A stretch of 64,000 nucleotides of DNA. Origin: Candidatus Poribacteria bacterium (lineage in GTDB: Bacteria; Poribacteria; WGA-4E; WGA-3G). The stretch covers positions 1,088,001 through 1,152,000 of the forward strand of contig CBDANF010000003.1 of the NCBI GenBank assembly GCA_965197475.1. Reading direction: 5' to 3'. A program made the translations under genes and the position numbers. The notes beneath the pieces were generated by a model that saw only the letters and a program-made list of their open reading frames with translations, searched no databases and was not told the DNA's origin. Below, piece by piece: positions 50,731 through 61,573 of the stretch; the first letter of the stretch is position 1, and each line of letters opens with the position of its first letter.

Positions 50731-51540
50731 TTATATTCTATCATAAATAGAAAAATACTTATTGGATCTACGCATTTGCCATGCCCATAGAAAGCAGCAC
50801 CCACCTATCAAAAGCTGCCAAAAACCGCAAACATACCAAGGTGGATACGAAAAGTCATACGATGTAATTGGTGTTATCTCATAGAGCAAAGGTGTTCTAA
50901 AAATGTCCATCCCATCAAAGATATTGCACACAGCAATTAATGGGTTCAGGTGCAGAACCGGTTGAATAATCGGTTGTAGATTGTTGATATATCGCCCTAA
51001 CGGCACAAGTAAAAATGCACTACCAATCAAAATGCACACTAAAAAATAAGTAATCGCTGTTCCAAAGATATTGTCCCGCAATACCTGTGCTCCCCACACG
51101 CCGACTGCCCCTGCGGAAAAACTATAAAGTCCCAACACAACCAACATTTTCAACGCTTTTCCGAGTGGCATATCGGTGACAAAAACAGCGAAACCCGTTG
51201 ATATAAATATCCAGCATAAGAGAGGAATCTGACTGATCGCAAGTCGTATGAACAGGGGTTTACCAAAAGAGATAGGGGAAAGTGATAGCAACTGCGCGGA
51301 AAAGATAGACCGATTTTCAGAGCACGCGCTTAAAGCTGCAAGATAAGTGGCTACCAAAAGCACAACGAATGTCTGTGCGAGGGCAAAACATTCGGCAGAT
51401 GAACCAAGTTTAGCGTGTGTTAACAATTGATATGTTAGCCACTGCAGAAAACTCGCTATACCGATACAAATGAAGATATTTTTCTTATTGTATCGCTTAG
51501 CTTCAATAACAGCATTCATTTTTGCTATCCATAACGGCAT
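50731..51540 (-). CDS. Multi-pass membrane protein (ABC-2 permease-like)
   Basis: About six TM helices; LLSLSPIS and LNPLIAV patterns. Confidence 0.6.
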   Translation of the reverse strand: MPLWIAKMNAVIEAKRYNKKNIFICIGIASFLQWLTYQLLTHAKLGSSAECFALAQTFVVLLVATYLAALSACSENRSIFSAQLLSLSPISFGKPLFIRLAISQIPLLCWIFISTGFAVFVTDMPLGKALKMLVVLGLYSFSAGAVGVWGAQVLRDNIFGTAITYFLVCILIGSAFLLVPLGRYINNLQPIIQPVLHLNPLIAVCNIFDGMDIFRTPLLYEITPITSYDFSYPPWYVCGFWQLLIGGCCFLWAWQMRRSNKYFSIYDRI

Positions 51541-52193
51541 TATTCTTCTTGAAACTCGCGCCGAATCTGCATAATTGATTCAGCAATAGAGACAAGATTC
51601 GGATTGATAATCAGTGCCTGTTTGTAAGCATCAACCGCCGCATCAATTTTACCCAATCTGAGATAAACGTGTCCCATGCCAGCAAATGCGCCAAAATGAT
51701 GGGGGTTGAGTTTAACTGTCTGTTTACAATCTTTGAGTGCTTTATTCCACGCTTCCAATATAAAATATGCAATCGCGCGTTGGTTATACCCTTCAGCGAA
51801 ATTGGGTGCTGCTTCAATTACTGCCGTAAATTGTTCAACTGCCTCTGAAAAGTTCTCATTCTCTAAGGACCTTTTACCTGCCTTGAGCATTCTGTCAACA
51901 GATTCATTCCCTGAGCGGGACCAAATGTTCCATAATGCTATTTCAGAGTTGAAGCATGCGGGAAGGTCATCGTTCTTGAGGTTTTCCACTAACGCGGGAA
52001 CGACATTCATGCCGCCTATCAATCCGAGCGCAGTCGATGCAGCACGGCCAACGAGTGGATCCTCGTTTTGAAGATACTCTATCAGATCGTTTTCCGAATA
52101 TTTTGACGTTAGAAGTTCTTTAAGGCTTTCCTCATCTTCTAAGTTTGTGAACATTTGTGCTGCTAATTCCGAAAATCCGTTGCGTGTTGGCAT
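51540..52193 (-). CDS. HEAT-repeat plus TPR protein
   Basis: ALWNIWSRSG, PNFAEGYNQRA, NPHHFGAFAGMG; AAGGAGG RBS before MPTR. Confidence 0.85.
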   Translation of the reverse strand: MPTRNGFSELAAQMFTNLEDEESLKELLTSKYSENDLIEYLQNEDPLVGRAASTALGLIGGMNVVPALVENLKNDDLPACFNSEIALWNIWSRSGNESVDRMLKAGKRSLENENFSEAVEQFTAVIEAAPNFAEGYNQRAIAYFILEAWNKALKDCKQTVKLNPHHFGAFAGMGHVYLRLGKIDAAVDAYKQALIINPNLVSIAESIMQIRREFQEE

Positions 52194-52312
52194 GGTCATC
52201 CTCCTTATCTCATGTTGATTATAGCATATCTTTGTTGAAAATAACAATTCAAAATCTACGGCTAAATGCCCTGGCACTTGCCAAAAAGTGTTTTTTCAAC
52301 TACAATGTGTAT

Positions 52313-53332
52313 GTGTACACCTTAGAACCTCTTACGCCTCAAAATTGTAACGAATGGGATGCTGTTATCCAGCGATGCCCGAATAGCACCGCTTTTCAGG
52401 GTGCTGCGTGGCGAGATGCACTTGCAAATGCTTTCAAGCAGCTTGATCCTGTATCTCTATTCATTAAACAGGACGAGACGGTGATTGGCACCATCCCCGC
52501 GTTTGTGTTTCAACCGATACCGGGGATCCGATTGTGGCATTCAATGCCGTGGAATCTATTTGGCGGTCCACAAATACTTGGCTCGGTGCCGGTGAACCCC
52601 GAAATTTTGATTTCAACCATTGAGAGCTATCTTGAAACTGCATCAACCGAGAACGGATGGTGTGAACTGTGTTGGACGCTTTCACCAAAAGATACCGTAA
52701 AATACGGTGATTTTCTGACAGGAATAGGGTATGAACGGATGAAACGGTTCACGCATCTATTGAAGACGAACAGGGATATCGATTCCCTTTGGCATGCTTA
52801 CAATAAACGGGTACGTGGAGCAGTTCGGAAGGCAGAAAAATCGGGCGTGGAAGTTGCCGATACCGAAAGCGATACGGCTTTATCTACATTTTACGACATG
52901 TATCTTATGACCGTGAAACGATTAGGTGGGACACCGAAACCTCGCGCGCTTATGAAGATGCTTTTGCAGCACGGTGTTGCCAAACTTGCTATCGCTACAT
53001 ACCACGGTACAATCATCGGAGGATTACTCTATCTGCACTACAATCGCACCGTGACTTTGTGGTGTGAGGCATCTGTACCTGAGTATTTGCAATACCGTCC
53101 TAACAATGCAATTTTTCACCATATTATCAACTGGGCATGTAAGGAAGGGTATGAATGGGTGGATTTTGGGGCATCCCCACCTGAGAGTAAGGGATTGATA
53201 GCACATAAAGAACAGTATCGTGCTAAAAAAACCGATTTCTGTAGTTATACCAAGATAATTTCGCCATTCAAAAGATCGTTGTGGACATGGAGTGAAGGCA
53301 TGCTACGGAATATATATACGTGGCTGCAGTGA
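52313..53332 (+). CDS. GNAT/FemAB-like acyltransferase
   Basis: RGAVRKAEKSGV, YRPNN, WVDFG, GLIAHK; GTG start inferred. Confidence 0.8.
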   Translation: MYTLEPLTPQNCNEWDAVIQRCPNSTAFQGAAWRDALANAFKQLDPVSLFIKQDETVIGTIPAFVFQPIPGIRLWHSMPWNLFGGPQILGSVPVNPEILISTIESYLETASTENGWCELCWTLSPKDTVKYGDFLTGIGYERMKRFTHLLKTNRDIDSLWHAYNKRVRGAVRKAEKSGVEVADTESDTALSTFYDMYLMTVKRLGGTPKPRALMKMLLQHGVAKLAIATYHGTIIGGLLYLHYNRTVTLWCEASVPEYLQYRPNNAIFHHIINWACKEGYEWVDFGASPPESKGLIAHKEQYRAKKTDFCSYTKIISPFKRSLWTWSEGMLRNIYTWLQ

Positions 53333-53380
53333 AGAGAATTTGGACAGAACTGCTACATTTAGACAGAAACAGGAGAAATA

Positions 53381-54733
53381 ATGGAACGTAAACCTAATTT
53401 AATTTTTGTTTTCGGTGATCAGCACCGTCAATGTGATGTCGGGTGTGCAGGCAACCCGCAAGTACAAACACCTGCTATGGATAAACTTGCACAAGAGGGG
53501 ATGTTTTTCCCGAACACCTTCACCAACGTCCCGATATGTGTGCCTGCCCGCGGATGCTTGATGACAGGCAAACACCCCTTAAGCCACAAAGCCGTTTCCA
53601 ACGATTTACCGCTTCCGTTGTCTGAAACGGGAGTTGCGCAGGTCTTCAAAAACTCTGGCTACGCAACCGGATATATTGGTAAATGGCATCTCGGCGGTAT
53701 GCCGAGGGATAAGTTTATTACACCTGAAATGCGATTTGGCTTTGATCATTGGGTCGGATGGAATTGTCATCATAACTATTTCAATGCCCCCTACCACGAT
53801 TCCGATGGGAATAAGATGCAGGTTGAAGGCTACGAACCGGAATTCCAAACAGATCAGGCAATTCAATATTGCCGAGACCACGCTGATGAACCTTTCTGTC
53901 TCTATGTAAGTTGGGGACCGCCACACAACCCTTACGAGCATGTGCCGGAGCGGTATAAAGAGATGTATCCACCAGAGGAAATTCAGTTGCGTCCGAACGC
54001 TGTAGATACGCCTGCAACGCGAAAGGACTTATCTGGCTACTACGCGCATATCACGGCTTTAGATGAAAACCTTGGACGCTTGATGGATTCGCTTGATGAA
54101 ATCGGCATCGCTGAAGATACTATCATCGTCTATACATCTGACCATGGGGATATGCTTGGTAGCCACGGACATGTCAGAAAAGAACGTCCGTGGGACGAAT
54201 CAAGTCGTATCCCTTTCATGATACGCTGGCCCCACAAAATTCCTGCAGACGTTACCCGTGACACTTTACTTAGCCTCGTCGATTTTATGCCGTCAATGCT
54301 ATCCTTGTGCGATTTACCCATTCCTGACAGAGTTAAGGGTATTGACCTTTCAGATGCAATGCTCGGCAAGACAATTGACGAACCGCAGTCTGTTTTGCTT
54401 GAAATCCCATTGCATGGAAGTGAGGGCTTTAATGCAGGTATTCGAGAGTGGCGGGGTGTCCGAACGCATCGCTACACGTATGCTCGCCATTACGATGAAA
54501 CAGGTTGGCTGCTCTACGATAACGAAAACGATCCGTATCAAATGAACAATCTCATTGACGACACAGATTCACAAACGCTCAGGGCAGAACTTGAAGCGGA
54601 ACTTCAGAAGTGGCTAACCCGAATTAACGATCCATGCCTTGCCGGTTTAGATCACATCCGAGAACTCGGTTTGGCAGAATTGTGGAACATCAGCGAGCAA
54701 CGGTTTGGTGGAAGAAATCCACGTTGGGCATAA
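53381..54733 (+). CDS. Sulfatase (Cys-type)
   Basis: DQHR, CVPARGCLMTG, GKWHL, PPHNPY, TSDHGDMLGSHG. Confidence 0.93.
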   Translation: MERKPNLIFVFGDQHRQCDVGCAGNPQVQTPAMDKLAQEGMFFPNTFTNVPICVPARGCLMTGKHPLSHKAVSNDLPLPLSETGVAQVFKNSGYATGYIGKWHLGGMPRDKFITPEMRFGFDHWVGWNCHHNYFNAPYHDSDGNKMQVEGYEPEFQTDQAIQYCRDHADEPFCLYVSWGPPHNPYEHVPERYKEMYPPEEIQLRPNAVDTPATRKDLSGYYAHITALDENLGRLMDSLDEIGIAEDTIIVYTSDHGDMLGSHGHVRKERPWDESSRIPFMIRWPHKIPADVTRDTLLSLVDFMPSMLSLCDLPIPDRVKGIDLSDAMLGKTIDEPQSVLLEIPLHGSEGFNAGIREWRGVRTHRYTYARHYDETGWLLYDNENDPYQMNNLIDDTDSQTLRAELEAELQKWLTRINDPCLAGLDHIRELGLAELWNISEQRFGGRNPRWA

Positions 54734-54742
54734 AGGGAAAGT

Positions 54743-56140
54743 ATGAAAAAGCGGGTACTCATTATCGGTTGGGATTGCGCTGCGCCTGAATTAGTCTTTG
54801 AGGCATTTAAAGACGACATGCCCAATACACACCGCTTGATGCAGGAGGGCATCTATGGGGAATTGGAAAGTACAATCCCACCTATCACGGTACCCGCGTG
54901 GCTGTGCATGATGACAAGCCGCGATCCGGGTGAACTCGGCATCTACGGCTTTCGTAACCGTTCGGATTATTCCTACGATGCACTCACCATTGCCAATTCA
55001 CACGCGGTAGAAGTACTGACACTCTGGGAATTGCTTGGACAGGCGCAAAAGCGATCTGTTGTGTTAGGTGTGCCGCTCACCTATCCCGCGAAGCCCTTCC
55101 CGGGATGGATGGTTACCAGTTTTCTTACTCCAGGTGATCCCAATTCCCCGTTAACGCAACGTAACTTGCAGTGGACTTTTCCACCCAGACTTACACGTGA
55201 AATCGCGCAAGTTTCCCCCGACTACATGATTGATATTCCAAATTTTCGCACTGATAAACGTGCAGAGTTGGAACAACAGTTACTCAAAATGACACGCGCA
55301 CGTTTCAAATTCGCACGCTATCTGCTTGCGGAAAAAGCATGGGATTTCTTCATGATGGTGGAAATGGGTTCTGACCGACTCCATCATGCTTTCTGGCAGT
55401 TTTGGGATAAAACGCATGCTAAGTATGAACCGAATTCACCGTTCGCTGATACAATGCGGAACTATTATCGCACGCTTGATAAAGAACTTGGGCAGATGTT
55501 GGCGTGTGTTGATGATGACACCACCGTCATGGTTGTCTCCGACCACGGTGCGAAAAGGATGGATGGCGGTATCTGTGTCAACGAATGGTTACAAAAGCAC
55601 GGTTATCTGACGCTGAAAACCGAACCGCAAGGCATCACTCAATGGACAACGGATATGGTAGATTGGCAGCACACAAAGGCATGGGGAGAAGGCGGGTATT
55701 ATGCGAGAATCTTTATTAACGTTGCTGATAGAGAACCTCACGGGATTGTCAAAGCACAAGATTACGAAAATGTTCGCAATGAATTAAAGGTGCAACTTGA
55801 AGGAATCGCAAACGAATCGGGACAGAACATCAATACACGCGTATTTAAGCCGGAGGAGGTATATCGCGAGTGCCGCAACATTGCGCCTGATCTCATCGTT
55901 TACTTCGGCGACCTCTATTGGCGTTCAGTGGGGAGTGTTGGATATAACAGCATCTATACCTATGAAAACGACACCGGCCCTGACGATTGTAACCACGCTG
56001 AGATGGGCATGTTTATTATCAAAGACGTTAGACAGACGCGTGGACTTGTCCCCGCAAAAAGCATATATGACATCGCACCGACAGTGCTAAACGAATTCGG
56101 CATTGACATTCCAGATGCAATGCAAGGACAACCGATTTAG
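54743..56140 (+). CDS. Alkaline phosphatase superfamily / type I phosphodiesterase-nucleotide pyrophosphatase
   Basis: IIGWDCA, PPITVPAW (Thr nucleophile), DRLHH, VSDHG, DIAPT. Confidence 0.88.
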   Translation: MKKRVLIIGWDCAAPELVFEAFKDDMPNTHRLMQEGIYGELESTIPPITVPAWLCMMTSRDPGELGIYGFRNRSDYSYDALTIANSHAVEVLTLWELLGQAQKRSVVLGVPLTYPAKPFPGWMVTSFLTPGDPNSPLTQRNLQWTFPPRLTREIAQVSPDYMIDIPNFRTDKRAELEQQLLKMTRARFKFARYLLAEKAWDFFMMVEMGSDRLHHAFWQFWDKTHAKYEPNSPFADTMRNYYRTLDKELGQMLACVDDDTTVMVVSDHGAKRMDGGICVNEWLQKHGYLTLKTEPQGITQWTTDMVDWQHTKAWGEGGYYARIFINVADREPHGIVKAQDYENVRNELKVQLEGIANESGQNINTRVFKPEEVYRECRNIAPDLIVYFGDLYWRSVGSVGYNSIYTYENDTGPDDCNHAEMGMFIIKDVRQTRGLVPAKSIYDIAPTVLNEFGIDIPDAMQGQPI

Positions 56141-57059
56141 GCTGCTGCAGCGACAACTGCATTAACAATCGCCTCGGCGACTATTTCTGCAGCGAGGATG
56201 CCGATACTGTTCACACTGCTGCCGGTATGTGTGCCGGTGGCGAGGGCAAAGAGCGTATCGCCATCAAACATTGTATGCGATGGACGTATTGCACGCGCCA
56301 TGCCGTCGTGTGCCATCTCTGCAATCCGTGTCGCTTCTGCGACAGAAAGCGTGGCATTTGTGGCAACTACACCGATGGTTGTATTCGTGCCGGGAACGAT
56401 ATTTGCGTCTAAGAGTCGTTCTGTGATGTCTACAAAACTGCCGTTTTCTTTTCCACCCGCGACTATCTCACCCGTTTCGGGGTTAACAACATTTCCCAAC
56501 GCATTCACAACTGTAAGGGCAGCAACGATCAAACCGTTCTCAAGATGATTACACGCTGAACCCACACCGCCTTGAGAAGGCGTAACACCCGGTGCCTTGC
56601 CAACCGTTGCCCCTGTTCCCGCACCAACAGCACCCATCGCTACAGGTTTATCTGTAGCATTAAGACATGCTTGATACCCCATTTCTCTGTCAGGACGTAC
56701 CCTTGCGTCACCAACATGCAGGTCAAAAATGACAGCCCCAGGAACAATCGGCACACGAACGGGACCTGCTGGAAATCCTACATCCTTTTCTTCAAGGTAT
56801 TGGACGACACCGCCTGCCGCATCCAATCCGAAGGCACTGCCACCTGTCAGAAGTATCGCATGCACTTTTTGGATTAAGCGTCCGGGACGAATCGCTTCTG
56901 TTTCTCGTGAACCGGGGGCAGCCCCGCGCACATCAATGCCTGCTGTTGCGCCCTCTGGACAGAGGATTACGGTACACCCTGTCCGTGCAGTTGCATCGGT
57001 AGCATGCCCTACCTGTATTCCGTCAATCGCAGTAAGTGTCTGATTCATTGGTGTCATAT
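56137..57059 (-). CDS. Peptidase S58 DmpA / P1 family
   Basis: GIQVGH, VRGAAPGSRET, LTGGSAFGL, GTNTTIGVVATNA, DGDTLF. Confidence 0.9.
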
Positions 57060-57191
57060 CACAACTATAGCGGATTCTGATATAATCTGCAAGAGATATT
57101 GGATTCAAAAATTATCAAACCAGATTATAGACAGGATCTGAATATACTGCTATAATGCAATCAGTCTAATTTGATGGAGGAATTTTGTGTC

Positions 57192-58799
57192 ATGAAACAT
57201 ATTTACCTGCTTTTTGCTTTTCTTATAGTATTCGCTGGTTGTTCTGCACCAGAACCGGTAAATATTCCCGATCCGAACTTAGCTGCAGCTGTCCGAGAAG
57301 CACTACCTTTAGATCCAAATGAACCGATCACGCAAAAGAAGTTAGAAAAGTTAGAAACGTTGTCTACATGGACTAAAGGTATCAGCGATTTGACAGGTAT
57401 AGAAAAAATGACAGGTTTAAATGAGTTATCGCTTGGTAGTGGTCAAATTGCAGATATCACACCTCTTGCAGGATTAACAAATCTGACGACGTTAAGCCTA
57501 AATTCTAATCAAATTATGGATCTCACACCTTTGTCTGAGTTAATACGACTTGATACGCTCTCTCTCGAAAGTAATCATATTAATGACGTTACCCCGCTCA
57601 GTGGATTGAAAGAACTTACAGATTTATCCCTTCAAGGTAATCGAATCCAAGATATTACACCTTTGGCAGGACTTGTGCAATTGGAAAGATTATCTTTATG
57701 GAATAATAAAATAGTAGACCTTACACCAGTGGTAAATTTGTCGCAACTGCACACCTTATCTATTGATAATAATGAAATCCAGGACATCACACCACTCGCA
57801 AAATTAACAAAACTGACGCGTTTAACACTTAACTATACTCTGATTAGCGATATCACACCATTGTCTAAATTGACTCGGCTTTGGGGTTTATTTCTTCGTG
57901 GTAATCAGATTAGCGATATCACACCATTGTCTGAATTAACTGAGCTTCGGAGTTTATCGCTTGAAGGTAATCAGATTAGCGACTTCACACCATTGTCTGA
58001 ATTGAATCTGCTTCGGAGTTTATCGCTTCATGGTAATCAAATTAAAGAGATTGGACACATCAACGGATTAAAGGAACTATCAGACTTAGTACTTCAGAAT
58101 AATCAGATTCGAGATCTGACACCTTATGTTTCATTTTTTGAAGGTTTGCCTAAACTGACATCACTAATACTAAATGATAATCAAATTAGCGATATCACAC
58201 AGCTTGGAAAACTGACACAACTTAAGACGTTAAATCTCTATAATAATGAGATTAGTGATATAGCACCATTAGCTAATATGACACAACTTCAGGATTTAAA
58301 CCTATCCAGCAATATGATAAGTGATGTCATACCTCTCAGAGGATTAACACAACTTAATAGTTTAGTGCTATATAATAATCAAATTACCGATATCACATCA
58401 CTTGGTGGATTTAAATTCCTTCAGACCCTTTTCCTACAGGGGAACCAAATTAGTGATATTTCTCCACTTGCTGGATTAAGTTCTCTTAGAGCATTATTAC
58501 TCAGTGGTAATAAAATAACTGACATTAATCCGCTTGTAGAAATGAAACAACTTTGGAGTTTATCGCTTGATGGAAATCAAATTACTGACATCACACCGCT
58601 GGAAGGATTAACGCAGTTGCAGTTTTTGAAAATTGAGCAAAATCAGATTCGTGATATTAGCATTGTAGAAAACTTGAAGAATCTAAGTATTTTGCATGTC
58701 AAGGGTAACCCAATTCGTGATATTTCACCGATTCAACGACTACACACACACAATCCAAATTTGGATGTTGATATTGATAACATTCAAAATAAAGAGTAA
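57192..58799 (+). CDS. Internalin-like leucine-rich-repeat lipoprotein
   Basis: Lipobox FAGC; cap IPDPNLAAAVR; about 20 22-aa LxxLxLxxNxIxDxxPL repeats. Confidence 0.92.
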   Translation: MKHIYLLFAFLIVFAGCSAPEPVNIPDPNLAAAVREALPLDPNEPITQKKLEKLETLSTWTKGISDLTGIEKMTGLNELSLGSGQIADITPLAGLTNLTTLSLNSNQIMDLTPLSELIRLDTLSLESNHINDVTPLSGLKELTDLSLQGNRIQDITPLAGLVQLERLSLWNNKIVDLTPVVNLSQLHTLSIDNNEIQDITPLAKLTKLTRLTLNYTLISDITPLSKLTRLWGLFLRGNQISDITPLSELTELRSLSLEGNQISDFTPLSELNLLRSLSLHGNQIKEIGHINGLKELSDLVLQNNQIRDLTPYVSFFEGLPKLTSLILNDNQISDITQLGKLTQLKTLNLYNNEISDIAPLANMTQLQDLNLSSNMISDVIPLRGLTQLNSLVLYNNQITDITSLGGFKFLQTLFLQGNQISDISPLAGLSSLRALLLSGNKITDINPLVEMKQLWSLSLDGNQITDITPLEGLTQLQFLKIEQNQIRDISIVENLKNLSILHVKGNPIRDISPIQRLHTHNPNLDVDIDNIQNKE

Positions 58800-58805
58800 A
58801 GCGTC

Positions 58806-61501
58806 ATGAAACATATTTACCTGCTTTTAATGCTTTTCATTGTATTTGTTAGTTGTTCGCCACCCGAACCAGTGGAGATCCTCGACCTGAATTTAGCTGC
58901 GGTTGTTCGGGAGGCATTAGACTTGGCACCTGACGCACCCATCATGGAAAATAAACTGAAAGAGCTAAAAGATCTGATGGCTATAGGCAAGGGAATCAAA
59001 GACTTAACAGGTTTAGAAAAAGCGAAAGGTTTAACGTCTTTATTCCTTATCAATAATCAAATTTCGGATCTCACACCGCTTACAGGATTGAGAAAACTTG
59101 AGGATTTAGGGCTTAGCGGTAATAAAATTAACAACATCACACCGATTTCAAAATTGACGAAACTTGAGAGTTTAAGTCTCGACAGTAATAACATTATCGA
59201 TCTTACATTTCTTACTGGATTGAATAGACTTGATTCCTTAAGCCTTTCTCGGAATCAAATTACGGACCTCACACCACTGGCAAAATTGAAACAATTGAGT
59301 ACGATAAATCTGGAACACAATGAAATCAGCGACCTAACACCGCTCTCTGGGTTGACCCAGCTAAGAATTTTAAGACTTTGGAATAATCAAATTCGCGACC
59401 TAACACCGCTCAACAAACTAAAACAACTGGCTCATGTAAAGAATGAGTGCAAATGAAAATTTAACCCGTGTGGCCATTGCCTTCATGAAAATAACCGCAC
59501 ACACCTTTTACATGAGCGAAACAACTTTGGTCGTTAAATCTTAACCTAAATCTCATCTCGGACATTTCTGGTCTTGAGAACTTGCCAATGTTGGATAAAG
59601 TGAACCTTTCTAACAATGAAATTCGTGACATTATACCACTCACAAACCTGACTGGACTTTCGGAATTAGAACTTGAACGTAATGAAATCAATGACATCAC
59701 CCCACTTAAAGAATTAACAAGATTAACACAGTTATCCCTCACCAGCAATGAAATAAGTGATCTAATGCCAATCGCCAATTTAACTCGGTTGACACAATTA
59801 AGACTTAACCGAAATGAGATCAGTGACCTCACACCCATCAGTGCTTTGACAAAACTTCAATTTCTATATCTTAATTACAATGACATCAAAGATGTCTCTC
59901 CGCTTGCGGGGTTGACAGAACTGAAACGTTTACAACTTCAATATAACGAAATTACCGACATTACACCACTAACTGACTTAACACAACTGGAGTACTTAGA
60001 AGTTGAACACAATCAAATTGATAATATGAGTCTTGTTGAAGATATTAAACAAATTCAGAGACAAAAGTACAACGATAAGCAGGCAAGTCTATCTTCAAAA
60101 GACGATCCGATTCAAGACACTTCATCTATTTCACAACCTCAGATAATACCCGATCCGAACTTAGCTGCTGCAGTGCGAAAAGCACTCGGCTTAAGTCCAA
60201 CCGATCCTATTTCTGAAGAAAGACTCAAACAATTGAAGTCACTATGGGTTTCCTATAAAGGTATAACTGACTTAACAGGATTGGATAAGGCAATTGGTTT
60301 AGAGAAGTTATATCTCCCTTTTAATCAAATTGAAGATGTCACTCCATTGGAAAGGTTAACAAACCTGACATCTCTATATCTGTCACGAAATCAAATTAGT
60401 GACCTCAAACCACTCGCAGGTTTGACACAGTTAGATATATTAAATCTGGAAAATAACCAAGTTAGCGACCTCAAACCGCTCACAGATTTGAAACAACTGT
60501 GGAATCTATCACTCGGAGGTAATGAGATACGAGACATCAGTCCACTTACTGAATTAAATCATCTAAGGGAGTTACACCTGCGTATGCGAATCTCCTCTGA
60601 TGGAAGAATTGGTAATAGAATCACCGACATTAGCCCTCTGAAAGAATTGATACAACTTAATACCTTATCAATCAGCATCGGTGAAATCAGTGACATCACA
60701 CCGCTTGCAAGTTTAAAGAACTTAACGTGGTTAATGATTGACAAGAATCAAATTACCGACATTACACCCCTCGCGGAATTGAAATTTCTTACACACTTAT
60801 TTCTTGGTGAGAATCGGATAATTGACATCACACCTCTCTCGAAATTACAACTGCTTGATTACCTATCTCTGGGGGAAAATCCGATAAGCGACATTACGCG
60901 GCTCGGTGAGTTGAAACATCTTACCCGCTTATCGCTTGTTAATAATCAGATTAGCGACCTAACACCGCTGGCAGGATTGAAACATCTCAACTCATTACAT
61001 ATCCGCGGGACTCAAATCAGTGACATTACACCCCTTGCTGAATTAAAACATCTTACTAACTTATCAATTAGTGAATGTTCGGTTGAGGATCTAACACCAC
61101 TTGGTGGATTGACTCGGTTAACGAGTTTTTCATTGTCAAACAATCAGATCAAGAGTATCACACTACTTGGCACAGTATTGACTAAAATGAAGCGTCTTAT
61201 TGACTTGGGTCTATATGATAATGAAATCCAGGATATTACGCCACTTGCAGCGTTGACACAACTCACACGCTTAACCCTTAGCAATAATAAGATCCACGAC
61301 ATCAAACCGATTGCTGGAATGACAAAACTAAGATTGTTATATATGTCGGATAATCAAATTCGGGACATTAGCACCGTTCAGAACTTTAAGCGGTTAGAAG
61401 TTCTACATATTAAGGGCAACCCTGTTCAGAATCTGTCACCGATTCATCGACTCCGTAAACAGAATCCAGATTTGAGAATGGACATTAAAATTGATCGATA
61501 A
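58806..61501 (+). pseudogene. Internalin-like LRR lipoprotein (865 aa when restored) interrupted by the 90-bp MITE
   Basis: Removing 59429-59526 joins ...NKLKQL to WSLNLNLNLISDISGLENLPMLDKV... in frame with the 639-aa ORF. Confidence 0.9.
59429..59518. mobile_element. 90-bp MITE, copy 2
   Basis: Identical to 47189-47278; 8-bp TSD AAACAACT at 59421-59428 and 59519-59526. Confidence 0.95.
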
Positions 61502-61573
61502 TCAACTTGAGGTAAAGAATGGATTACTAACGAGAAGATTTTTCATACAATTAAATAGTATCACAAGGAGGGT

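Noticed and set aside
59454-59456. TGA in the LRR gene as selenocysteine or readthrough
   Set aside because: The TGA lies inside the inserted MITE and the downstream ORF is in another frame.
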